From contig NC_092676.1 of NCBI RefSeq assembly GCF_964355755.1, positions 5,433,888 through 5,497,887 on the forward strand: a DNA stretch of 64,000 nucleotides, written 5' to 3'. How positions within the stretch are numbered: position 1 is the stretch's first letter; every line of letters begins with the position of its first letter. The notes under the pieces are model-generated. The model was not told the origin of the DNA, ran no database searches, and worked only from the letters and a program-made list of their open reading frames with translations. Below, one piece after another: positions 15,101-26,613 of the stretch. The stretch is from Antedon mediterranea (lineage: Eukaryota; Animalia; Echinodermata). The translations under genes and the position numbers were made by a program.

Positions 15101-18100
15101 TCACAATAATAAACAAAATGAAAATGCCATGTACTGTATGTGTACATGTTTCTATAGAAAAAATCCAAAAGCACGGATACCGTAAATCTTCTAATTGTAA
15201 CCCTGGGATATTATTCTTTGATTGTTTTTTAGGGTGGGTTACTATTAGAGGGATCCAGTCAAGTCGCCCCATCGCAAAGTCGCCCCAAACAAAGTCGCCC
15301 CATACAAAGTCGCCCCATCGCAAAGTCGCCCCAAAACAAAGTCGCCCCGACACAGTCGCCCCATCGCAAAGTCGCCCCATCGCAAAGTCGCCCCAACGCA
15401 AAGTCGCCCCATCGCAAAGTCGCCCCATCGCAAAGTCGCCCCATCGCAAAGTCGCCCCATCGCAAAGTCGCCCCATCGCAAAGTCGCCCCATCGGAAAAA
15501 GTACCTAGTTAAATTTCGCAAACTTTATTTGACAACAAATTTGCCTATATATGGACATAAGCCTAGCACTACCATAAACTATATGGGCATCAAACTTACC
15601 ACAATTTGTAAAAAAAAATCCAAACTATTGCGTGTGGAGGATAATAACTCGCAAACGTATTTTTTTATTAATTTATTATTACATTTTTTTGCAGATAATT
15701 CAAATTCATTACTATGGATCATATCCAAATGCTATTTGGATTATGTTATTCGACATTGGAGACTTATGGACGATAACGAATTCAAGAACTGTTAGGAACT
15801 TCATATCATAGCCTGCAGTAGGCCTACACGGATAAATGGATTTCGTGGCGCAATTATTTATCTTAATATTTGAAACATACAGTATAAATATGTTCAATCA
15901 AATAAATTTGTTTGCATACACAGAATAATACTCGTCATAAATGATACAGTGACATTCAAGCATCTACGCTAGAACATTAGACCTTAAACATAAAGCGATT
16001 TCCTAAACCGATACCCCCTAAACCATAAGACTTGCTAATTCTTGACTTATTCCACACATTATAATAAACAATGATATGATACAGACGTCTCTATGAGTAT
16101 GTAAATTTGTTAAGCTGTATTATTATTTTTATGTCCTGTATTTTTGTTGTTCTGTTTTTGTTTTATTTACTTTTTTAAGTTATATATATATCGTATGTAC
16201 AGTTTAAGTATTGTTTATTCCCATACATAATTAATTAGTTTACATTTTGTTTTGATGTTATGAATTAATTAGAACGTTGGCTTATGTTACTTGTAATTTT
16301 GTCTGTAAAATGGATGCACCATTAACTGATAAATGTGTGCCACCGATATAAATGTGTTCCTATGAATAAATAAAAATTGTTTTCATTTTTACACTTTGTA
16401 ATTTCATTTAAATGTGATTGTATCCTTCCATTCTAAATTATTTTTCAATGTTTAATTGTATGTGCATTATATGTATTTTCAAACCGCTTTATATAGTATT
16501 GTAGTATTTTTATATTTTAATTTCTTAGTTTGGACTGTCAGGCCCCGCGGGCTATAGTAATTGAGTTTATTTTTGGCGTCCATAGCCGACGACGAAATTT
16601 TTTTTTTCTTATCTTGTATTTTACTGTATATTTTTATGGCTTAATAAATGAATGAATAAATGAATGAATTGTATTCTTTATAAACGAACAAGCTTTAGCC
16701 CATCAAGTCAACGCCCATCTGGAGTGATGGACAGTTGTTAATACAACGCCCTTGCATTGTTCTATTGATGGTCTTGATGTCTTAATTCCCCTAATAATAG
16801 CCATTGTTTTGACTGCTGTATCAACATTTTCATAACGATTTACCTTTCATAACCATTCCAATTTGTTTTAAATCAAAAACCTAGACTTTCGATTAGAACA
16901 TAATTATATTTGATATACAATCATTCAATTACGTCCGTTTGATTATTATTAAATTTGCTATTATAGATATTATAGTCCTAGAGTATAGCTATAATAGCTA
17001 TACTCTAGGACTTCTGTTATTTCAAATATTTACATTCAACATTAATTCAAGTAATAAACAAGTGTCTTTTTTATTTTATATCATCAAAACCAACAGCAAC
17101 GAAAGTTGCAACCCGTACAGGTACCGATACAATAAATACTCTATATGAAGCAAACTTGAATAACCTAGTAAAATATTTCGTTGATATTAAATCATGTGTA
17201 TTTGTTAGTTTGTTAGTAAATGTCTTTAATCAAATCAAATTATAGGCTTAGTGTTATATGTTGCGATTATTTTTATTATCTTACTGGTACTGTATTTGTT
17301 TTACCGATATCGAATTTAATAAATGTTTCCTAAAATGACAGTCCACACCAGAACATGTTTTGGAAGATCTTCAATTCAATTTCGTTTCAACTTTTACCAA
17401 AAAGAAACAGTAATACATCAATACATAATATAAGGTTATCTATAATTAATACGGTAGCATATACGAAATATGATCTAATTTGATATACAGACTTGTTGTA
17501 TACTTGTGGATTTGGTTTCATAAATAAATATGCACGAGATTCGCCATTGAATGGGTATACTTAACCAAGTAATACATAAGTGTACTGGACTTTTTAAAAG
17601 GCTGAAAACGTCTGTTAACAAACATATAAGAAACACATACAATACTGCAAGTTTAAAAGAAACATTCACAAAAAAAAATAAATACAACAAAATTAAATGA
17701 CACTGCACAATCTTTCGATTTTTTTTCATTTATAGTATTTACTTTTTGATATGGAAATATTTTCTAACAAAGGCTGAAAGTGATCTAAATGGGACAATAC
17801 AGTATATCGTACATAATTTATATAATAAATTAAGCAATAAAAATTATGATATTTCTATTTTATAATAAATCTTAAACAGGCAAAGGTATCTTATTTTTGG
17901 TCACCGAACATACACGCACGTGATTTGTTTTTTAGACATCATCTGCGCCAATGGAATCTGTTTAAATTATACTGCATTGTTAACGAAATTGGTCCTATGT
18001 CATCGTTTAATAATAAACACACCATTGGTCAATATTGTTTTAAAAAAGCCATTACTTTTTTAGTGAAAAGAGCCAATAGTACTTTGTTTTAAAGTTTGCG

Positions 18101-21100
18101 TTGTTACATAGTTATACATCACGGCACGCAATAGGTTCCTTTTGTAATAATGAACTCCAATAGTAATTCATAATTGGACAAACAATGTTAATCACCGAAA
18201 ACCGATATACTGTACGTGATCTTCACGTATAAAAATGCTGTAATCTTCAGTCAAGTCACCATTATAGAAAAAAATTATTGAACCTCGACATTGCTTTCCT
18301 GAGAATCTATAACAATTTGTACTTTGCTTTAATTTTTACGTGTAATTAATTTGTGTCTGACGATGGACACTCGACATCGTACACGAAGACGACCAACTGT
18401 GCCTCCAAAGTTTCCCTGCATCAAATGCAATAAGGAAGTTACAAGAAAACAGCAAGCCATGAAATGCGATGGTTGCCGCAGATGGCTACATCGATCCTGT
18501 TCTGCAGGTAAGTTTGATTCGTATTTTTTACAATTGCTTTTAATAATGTCTGTGGAATAAGCATGCAGGATTGGTTGTTAATTATATATAGATAAAGACA
18601 GAACTAATGCATTCTTAAATAAACCAAACACAATAAATGAACTTGTAGGCATATGATGACGTTTGAATTAATTTAAAGCAGAAAAACAAAATGCAAATTT
18701 AGGCAATGTTAAGGTTGTTAGATATATAATCAATTAATAATTCATTTTCTTATCTGTTATGATATTAACTTGAAAAACACTTTTGACAACACACTCAATA
18801 GTGGTGCAGTCAACTTAACCAACATACAAAACTAAAAAAAAACCGTGGATCCAAAACCGTTATGAACAAATTCAAAATATATATACTGTAGTACATTCTG
18901 CTATACACAGACACTAAATACAATAAAAATAAAAACAATGTAATGGCTTTTCTTTGAGTAAGACATTAAATAACAAAGAAAGTAAGAATAAAGTAAACTG
19001 TATAAACAACAATGCTGTCGAGACAGCTTTACAAGATCTATTGTACTGTAGGATTGAAGACTAATCTATATATTAATGCTACTAAATTTTCCCTTTCACG
19101 TATCTCCTCCAAAACCACTGATGTTTATTGATGGGCCGCATACGATAAGCTGATAGGTTTTCTGAATTTTAAGGATAAATACTAAAAAAGGCAAAACATA
19201 ACAATAATTTGACCATGTCTTTTTGTTTTATTATTCACATACATCTTAATATTCATCACATCACATCTTAATTATATAACTTGTATATTAACAAACTAAG
19301 AAATTTCAAAATATTAAAATCATTGGAATAAACAAAAATGTAAATGAAAAAAAAAACACACACACACAAACAAAACGATTCCAAATGGTGTGATAACAAA
19401 ACTTAACAATTCGTGTTACCGCGGCAATGTGTTTTTCATTCGATTTATGTTCACTTTTTTTATTGTATGAATGTATCAAATAATGAATACACAACGAAAT
19501 ACACACCCAAAATAATATAGTTTTTTTATTCTGCTTTTTATTCATTTATTATTTATTTAGATAAATAGTATTGTACTCTTCGTACTCTTGATGTTATAAT
19601 GTTAAACTACAGAATGCTAGTTTAATAATTTAATAATAATGTAATAAGTTAAATAACTGTTATACGTTCATTTGTAGGTATAACACTAGCGTTTTACAAT
19701 GATTGTGTAAAGCGAAACGTTGAATTCGATTGGAAGTGTCCGACATGCACATGTGATGGTATACCCAGTAGACCAAAACCAATTTCAGCAATGGTGGTAC
19801 GTTTTCAAATTATTTTCAAATCAAATATGTTGCATTAGTTACAGACACTTAAAGAAATTCATCTGCAGTTATTGCTCCCACCGAAATGGTGAATATGTAT
19901 GGCTACATTGACAATTGGAATCTCTCAATGCTCTCCATCGCCATTGCGTTTTCTAATTGAATGTTAGATAATTAATAATTATACGAAAAGAATACAATAT
20001 AACATTATTTTTTTTGCATTTCTTTACACAGGATATCGAGTCAATATTGCCACAGCATATGCAAGCCTTACCACATGTAGAAGACGTATGTACCGATACT
20101 GCTATCGACCGACACATATACGAGGAAGACCAGCAACCGAACACTGATGATGATGCCACGGACTCAATCGATGACCAGCTTGACTTCGTACCAATTGCAG
20201 ACCAACAACGTGTTGATGACAGCGACTCAGCTGACAGCATACACGAAGAATCGTTGGATGATCCAGTTGCGAATCAAGAAACAGATGATGACATTCCAGG
20301 CCACATAATGTTCAAAGTTATACAGTCCTCATCTCAGCGAGGCCACCCAAAACTTATAGATACCAACGGCTTTTCATATGTTATGCGAAGAACTGATTCT
20401 GTATCGACACATTGGAGGTAAGGTTCATTCATTCATAATGATATATGTTTTTTCAAATAAACTCCACAGAAATAGCGATTGATTTGTACATGATATGTGC
20501 TATATTCGCCATTAATCGTAAGCATTGACTGCTCTTCACCTTAAACATCAATTCGTATATGTATGCTGTTGATAATACACTTCTTCCATTTCATGTGCAT
20601 GTATGTCGAAACCTGTAAAAGGCAAAATACTGTTTCGATTTTGTTTTGTACGATCCATAATATGTCACAAACGTGTTTTTTTTAAAAATTAAATCGGAAG
20701 ATTTAACATGAAAACGTTCACATTTAGCTAATCAAAGTAGAATATCACATAGAGCCCTACATTTAGTACCACTCTCAGACATCGATAGATTATGACCTAA
20801 ATTAACGTCTTTCACATGTGTTTTCTTCAAGATGTTCGATAAGGAACCGCAAGTTAAAATGCGGAGCGACGGTAAAACAAAGGGGCTGCGATGACTTCCA
20901 ACCAGGACCAGTACCGCATAATCATCCAGGGAAACCAGGTGAAGACGTGGTGACGGAGGTCGTGAAAAATATTAAGTTTCAAGCCGCTTCGAATGTCTTT
21001 AGATCTGCTGCAACAATTGTGGAGGATGTCCTCATCGAAAATGTAACAGATGCACCAATGCCGTCGCTACCCAGAGTCGACAACCTGATCAGGACGGCCA

Positions 21101-24100
21101 ACAGGATCCGAGAAAGCCAGCGACCAAACCATCCGACGAACCTTGAATTTGAATTGGCACATGAAAACATTCCAGAAGGTATTTTTATCTGACATTAAAT
21201 TATTGATAGATAAATGTTTTTATTTCAGTTATCTGAAAAGTTAACTTTTGGCTGTAGACAACCATCAGAAGTTTATTATATTACAAAAACGATGGAACAA
21301 CTATTTATGTAACTATTTAAAATTATGGACCATCGCCCGCAACTGACCTTAATATTAGACGATGTTTCATGTATCCTTTTTATTAAACAAATCCAACGAC
21401 AATTGCTTTATTCCAAATGTAACATTGTTAAATACTTGTTTTTTAAGGTCAGAAATTTACCCAACGACATTTTTATCTGTTATAGGATTTTTGCTGAAAG
21501 ACATTTTACGCCGTAACGGCAGAAGACATCTCGTTTTTGCACGTCCTGATCAGCTTACTCTACTGGCGAAGGCAAAGAAACTGTACATAGATGGAACGTT
21601 CAAAGTAGTAAGACGGCCATTCTACCAACTGTTCTCAATACATTGTTTTGTCAAAAAGGATGGGTCGACAAAACAGGTACCGCTTGCGTATGCATTGATG
21701 TCGGGTAAGAGCAGCAGCGACTACAAGACAGTATTGAAAGCGATAGTGGCAGGATCCCCAAGTAGACCAGTAGTTGAAGAAGTGATGATGGATTTTGAGG
21801 CAGGGATGTGGAAGGCAATTGAGGCAGTATTTCCAAATGTAAGCTTTCTTATAATTTTTATTGACCTGTAATCTCTTTACTTTTTATTTTCCCTTTTTCA
21901 AAGGCGTTGATCTGGAGTATCTGTGCAATCGTAGCTACAACGTCCCGTTGGGCTCTTTTTATCAGGCTGGCGGATTACTTACAATGAAACTGTATTTTTT
22001 TGTAATTATCTATTTTGTTATCAAACAGGTTAAACGACAGGGGTGTGCTTTCCATTGGAAAAATGCTGTGTGGAAGCACATTCAAGCAATTGGCTTGCAA
22101 CGAGCGTACCTACGCAAAAACAGAACACATACTCTGCTCAGGGAGTTGATGGCCTTGCCCTTTCTGCCAGCTCAGAAAATTGGTGACGTATTTGATGGTT
22201 TGCGAGAACGCGCTCAGACAAGAAAGTTGCACGAGGTATGTCAATTTTTAATTCACTAATATCAGAGTGGCAAATTCTGGCAAAATTATTCTTTCTGGAA
22301 TAACTTGGCCGAATTCTGGCTTCATTTTACCTACTTCGGGCAACCGTTGTGATTTCAAATTAAGAGCAACTTTAGACTGTTTAATGCATTTTTTTTTCAA
22401 ATTCGATGTCCAATATTGTGACTTTTCCGCTATAGATTGCCTCTTAATAAAAGCCTATAAACGTGCCGATTTGTAGAATAAACCAGTTATTTTTTTTATA
22501 AAGCATTATGATAACAGTCGATTTTGATCCAGCGGTATATTGAACACCGGCCTATGAAGCAGGTGGTTCGGTGACCATTTCCATTCTCGCAGATATTCTC
22601 ATCTTTCTTTGTCATATTTTTCTAAATTGCAATAACAGTTATATTTTTTTTTCAGTTGTTCGAGTACATTGAAGAAACGTGGCTTCGTGGAGCATCGTGG
22701 AATCCAAATGATTGGAGCATTTATATGCAAAGCATTAGGACCAACAATGATGCTGAAGGTCTGTATAACATTTCATAGAGCATTCTTGTATATAGACAAT
22801 ACTCCCCAGATGTTAATTAAAAAATGTAGACTAATGTATAATACGATATTGGGTACCGCCACTAAGTAATGATTGTCATTGGTGATATCATTGCCTATAG
22901 TACACAACACTTTTTTTGTGTATAATACATGTGTATGGCAACACCTGGCAACAACTACCATTAACTAGTAGGCCTACATTTACAATGCTTTCAAAGTAAA
23001 CTAATGTTTATTTTCTCATGTTTTTCAGGCTGGCATAATAGACTAAACCACAAAGCCGAACACAGCATGAATATGTACAAGTTGATCGAATGGTTGTGGC
23101 GTGAATCTGCAATTGTGAATCTTCATATACGTCTCGTTTCTGAAAAAAAGCTTTCTAAAAGGCAGAAAAGACAGCATGTAACCAGGCAAGGGAGGGTTTT
23201 CAAGCTGTGGGGAGATTACAGGGGGGAATTAATTGACGCCAATCAGCTGCTAAGAGGGTGTAGCAAAGTGTATGGGCATGCTCCTTTTAGCCAGTAATGT
23301 TGACTGTCCTGTTTATTGTAAATATTGTTGTGAAAAAAATGTGAATGTTTTATAAATAATTTTTAACATATATTCAATGAAAAGTTATATTTCTAAATTT
23401 CGATTTAGCGCACAATGGTTACAATGTTTATATCTACATTATATGTTTTTTAATCGGACATTTTTTATTTATTTTGTAAATATTTGAAAGTTTTGTTAAT
23501 AAATTATTTTACATTCAATAAATAGTTGTTTTTTTTACTTAATAAAATAACTGCCGAGCATTTCTGCAAGATTTTAAAGTAACTTACCTACACGGACGTA
23601 TGACAGACATTGCTCAGTTGTACGGTATAGTTATTTGTTGGAAAGTGCTTCAAAGAAGCTGAAAATGATGTAGGGATACTAAAAAAGGGTAACTAGCCTA
23701 ATATATCATTGTATTCTGATCTATGATGGGGGCATAATAGGTGGGAAAAGGATTCCCAGGTATGATGAGAAGGGTATACCCCCTCTATATACTCACTGTC
23801 TGCTTTCTAATAATAAGAAGCCTAATTCCTTATACCTGTAATGTATATAACAAAACAAAAGAGGGTATGTATGCTACTATAGTAAACGGGGCGACTTTGC
23901 GATGGGGCGACTTTGCGATGGGGCGACTTTGCGATGGGGCGACTTTGCGATGGGGCGACTTTGCGATGGGGCGACTTTGCGATGGGGCGACTTTGCGATG
24001 GGGCGACTTTGCGATGGGGCGACTTTGCGATGGGGCGACTTTGCGATGGGGCGACTGTGTCGGGGCGACTTTGTTTTGGGGCGACTTTGCGATGGGGCGA

Positions 24101-26026
24101 CTGTGTATGGGGCGACTTTGTTTGGGGCGACTTTGCGATGGGGCGACTTGACTAGCATCCCTATTAGAAGGAGGGTTACTATTAGAGTAGTGTGTTACTA
24201 CAGTATTACTAATCTTAAATTAGGCACCTGAAAATAGTAACCCACCCCAACTTTTCCGGTCAGCAACTCATAGCAAAATAATAAGACAGATCTCTAACTT
24301 TATTTTATAAACTCAAAAACACTCAATCCTTCCCCACTCCCAAGATCAACAAAATATGGCTGTACCATAAGTTTTTGTGACTCTAATAGTAACTCCCATG
24401 GGCTACTATTATTAGAGTAGTGACCAGGGTTATTATTATAGATTGACTTAATTAAAGGTGGGGACTATTAGAAGGGGGTTACTTTTAGAGTGTGGGTAAC
24501 TATTAGAAGATTTATGGTATCTCTTTGAAACTAATTTGACAAAAATCACGTTGTAGGCTAATACTCTGTATGTACTAAAACCGATTTTTCATTTGCTGGT
24601 CGTTTGTAGTTGGTGATGTAGATAGATGCTCGCGCCATTCAGGAACCATCTGAGATGAGGTCAAATTGAGACCGTGATTGCGTTGTAGCAAAAAAATTGT
24701 TTTTAAAACCGGTTTTGAAAATCAGGCCTAGAATCAATTTTTTTTGTTCTTTTTATAACACGTTCACTGCCACGGCGTATTTATACGTCAAAAATTGCGT
24801 GTCGCTACTTGCCAAGACGTAATACTACGTCAAAATCGTAGCACTTTTGTATTGTATGTAGAATCGCTGGCAGTGGTGATTGGAACAGGAATTATCGCAT
24901 GGCAGTTTATGAATGATGTACGTAAACGATAATCTAAAAATAAATGTCATATGTTTGTTTGTGTTTATTCCCTCATGCATTGAATATGGCGCCCTCACAC
25001 TCAATATAATCATCTCAAACTGGACTTGGCACTGGGACAGAAATTACGGAAAATGCCTTGGCAGTCAATGTGTTAAGTTGGCAAGAAAATATTTGATTCT
25101 TTTATAAAATACCAATTTCGCAAAGATTGTGATCCAATTTCAGTTAGATGGTAAGTTGTTCATTACATGAGAGTGTCTCTGAACTTCAACATGTTCTTTA
25201 CTTTACTTATCTATGCAAAGAAAGAGAATTACTGTAGTTACAGTAATAGTATCAAATACTGTACTTGTCAAGTATAAACATAAAATTAATTTCAGGTGAT
25301 TTTCAGAAAATGACTAATATTGATAAATTGAATGAGAAAACCATTGTTGTTTAGATGTTCCTCACAAGAGGGCTTTACTGTATCTGTTTCAGAGCTGGTC
25401 GCAGAGAAAAGTAAAATGCACACAAAAAATACAGTGCCGTAAATAACCTACAAAACTTAACTTGCTAAAAAAACATGATTTTTATAATAAAAACAAAGTT
25501 TTTGTTCACAGTCACACCTTTCAACCATGACATATGAAACAATCATTCATTGTTATTGTTGTCTATTTAATCCTTTAATTAAACGAAGACAAGAAATCAA
25601 ATGAAGTTAATTTCTAGAATTGTAAATTAGAAAACACCACATAAATATTTCCGACATTAATTATTTTATATAGGCCCCTTTAATTGAAAATACAGACCTC
25701 TCTACATAAGACTAAACTGTAAACACAAGTGTCTATTAGCTAGGCAGGTACTTAGTCTAGCCAGAGCTCACGCACTCAGTGGATAGTCACAAAAAGAAGC
25801 AACCATTCACATAGAAATCATGAATCATCTAGGCTAGGCCCGAGAGTGTTTACTTACCTTGATCAACCGCCCTGATATATTGGCCGTGTTGGCCCTTTTC
25901 ACCGTGGAGATTGAAGCCATAACCCGCCGGTCCTCTTTCAATAGTGCATAACCTTGGCTCACTTGGTGGAACGTCAGATTTTGATTTAGATGACCGAGAC
26001 CTCCTCTTTTCTTTGTCACTCACCAT
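3082..26026 (-). CDS. NHERF/EBP50-like PDZ scaffold protein, multi-exon, 3' end not resolved
   Basis: Exons 26026-25858, 4257-3992, 3650-3288 and putative 3119-3082 join in frame via GT-AG sites. They give [69 protein letters not shown]...LLVVD, an NHERF-type PDZ domain, followed by a Glu/Pro-rich region. Downstream exons and the stop codon were not found. Confidence 0.88.
3288..3650 (-). CDS. NHERF-like gene, exon 3 (Glu/Pro/Val-rich linker)
   Basis: 363 nt, phase 0-0, CAG acceptor and GTAAGA donor; lies inside ORF 3195..3674. Confidence 0.82.
3992..4257 (-). CDS. NHERF-like gene, exon 2 (C-half of PDZ)
   Basis: Pyrimidine tract + AG acceptor, phase 1; (D)[58 protein letters not shown]...; donor GAG|GTAATT. 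Confidence 0.9.
5010..5260. repeat. Tandem duplication of about 126 bp (fragment of the GTTACTGCAGTAAC MITE family)
   Basis: ACAACCAAATTATC..CAATTTAGGAATCATTTCAAAATTATTCTGCTGTAGTTACTGCAGTAACC occurs twice. Confidence 0.75.
6509..7422. repeat. Purine-rich 26-bp minisatellite
   Basis: Unit AAAATGGGAGGGTGAAA(A/G)GGGAGAGG, about 35 copies; variant AAAATGTGACGGTAAAGGGGGAGAGG in the right third. Confidence 0.95.
9780..10290. repeat. Degenerate tandem repeat, about 80-125 bp unit
   Basis: Five copies of GTACCC..CTGGATC(C/T)GCCTCTGA with recurring ACACAGTCTAATTTACAC. Confidence 0.75.
10566..11060 (-). mobile_element. tRNA-related repeat element with about 125 bp direct repeats, flanked by (TA)n
   Basis: About 10570-10693 is repeated at about 10932-11060. 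Minus-strand 10754-10682 has A box TGGTCTAATGG, B box GTTCGAGTC, an acceptor stem GCCCCAG/TTGGGGC and a T stem CCGAG/CTCGG. Confidence 0.6.
11365..11749. mobile_element. PIF/Harbinger-like MITE
   Basis: TIR GGGATCATGT/ACATGATCCC with TAA on both flanks; related fragments near 3678 and 5040-5400. Confidence 0.65.
12704..12862. mobile_element. Short palindromic MITE (AGCTCTGTCTACACTATCAAACT family)
   Basis: Imperfect TIR AGCTCTGTCTACACTATCAAACT / AGTTTGATAGTGTAGAGAAAGCT; second copy at 54557-54720. Confidence 0.65.
15251..15493 (+). repeat. Left TIR made of 16-bp tandem repeats
   Basis: (AAAGTCGCCCCATCGC)n, about 14 units with ordered variants. Confidence 0.93.
17940..18260 (+). promoter_or_regulatory. 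Putative transposase promoter
   Basis: Several CCAAT/ATTGG boxes (about 17947-18177), TATAAAAA at 18228 and TCAGTC at 18247, upstream of ATG 18363; motif evidence only. Confidence 0.3.
18363..23297 (+). CDS. MULE transposase with PHD finger and FLYWCH domain, 8 exons, about 642 aa
   Basis: Exons 18363-18507, 19678-19796, 20032-20417, 20832-21178, 21486-21838, 22029-22235, 22656-22758 and 23029-23297 are all GT-AG and phase-compatible (1929 nt). Motifs: CIKC..CDGC..WLHRSC..WKCPTC (PHD); GFSY..HWRC..C..HNH (FLYWCH); YIDGTF, MMDFEAG, GCAFHW and [10 protein letters not shown] (DDE triad plus CxxH). Confidence 0.92.
23886..24160 (-). repeat. Right TIR made of 16-bp tandem repeats
   Basis: (GCGATGGGGCGACTTT)n, about 16 units; mirror image of the left arm including variant units. 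Confidence 0.93.
24759..25072. mobile_element. piggyBac-like MITE
   Basis: Imperfect TIR CACGTTCACTGCCACGGC / GCCTTGGCAGTCAATGTG, flanked by ATAA and TTAA. Confidence 0.5.
25858..26026 (-). CDS. NHERF-like gene, coding exon 1 (N-half of PDZ)
   Basis: ATG at 26026; [56 protein letters not shown]; donor G|GTAAGT, phase 1. Confidence 0.9.
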
Positions 26027-26546
26027 TTTGGAAATTGGAAATACTTCACCTAAGTTCGGATGAACAATCTACGATAACTATTCCTAAGGATCGTGTCTTG
26101 ATCTAGAAGTTATAAGTGTGTAGTTTATGTGTGTCTTCCGTAACATTTATTTGTTTAGACTAGCGTCCGTATACACACCATTACCGCGAAAGTAACAACC
26201 TTTGAACTTAAGTACAAACTCGACAACCACCACCCACAACAACTAACGAATGGTGGCGCTATTTATGGTTACTAAGTGATGCAGAAATGGAATAAAATAA
26301 TTGTCAATTTTAACCGATTCACGTTTTTTTTAACATTTTCCAATTCAGTATGCGAAGCAGTTTACCATAACGCCAATTCAACATCTGCAAGGAGCCAATT
26401 TCTTATATATTATAAACCAACAAAATCATCATAAAAAATGATAGCTGAAGATGAATGATCACTTATAAGAAGTTTATCATCAGCATCCTGGAATCATATG
26501 ATCTGACTTTAAGGTACACTTGCGAAAAAATCCAACAGTAATTTTT

Positions 26547-26613
26547 GGGTAGCATTCGAACCCACGACCTCCAAATAACTAGCCTGGCATTCATACCTCT
26601 AGACCACCGAGCT
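26547..26613 (-). mobile_element. tRNA-derived (Pro-like) SINE head or tRNA relic
   Basis: GCTCGGTGGTCTAGAGGTATGA...GGTCGTGGGTTCGAAT carries A and B boxes, but the acceptor and anticodon stems are broken. Confidence 0.5.

Larger units (their letters stand above)
15251..24160 (+). mobile_element. Full-length Mutator-like (MULE, Phantom/Foldback-type) DNA transposon, about 8.9 kb
   Basis: Ends GGAT..AGTCAAGTCGCCCC / GGGGCGACTTGACT..ATCC; flanking duplication CTATTAGA at 15242-15249 and 24161-24168 (9 bp with one mismatch); internal transposase gene. Confidence 0.93.
15180..24517. mobile_element. Tc1/mariner-pogo-like MITE (about 420 bp) split by the MULE insertion
   Basis: TA-CCGTAAATCTTCTAATTGTAACCC at 15178 and its inverted match GGGTAACTATTAGAAGATTTATGG-TA ending 24519; internal GGGTTACTATTAGA repeats continue on both sides of the MULE. 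Confidence 0.7.

Noticed and set aside
15096-15795. ORFs with [16 protein letters not shown] repeats (also 23741-24231)
   Set aside because: Translations of the 16-bp TIR repeats on both strands
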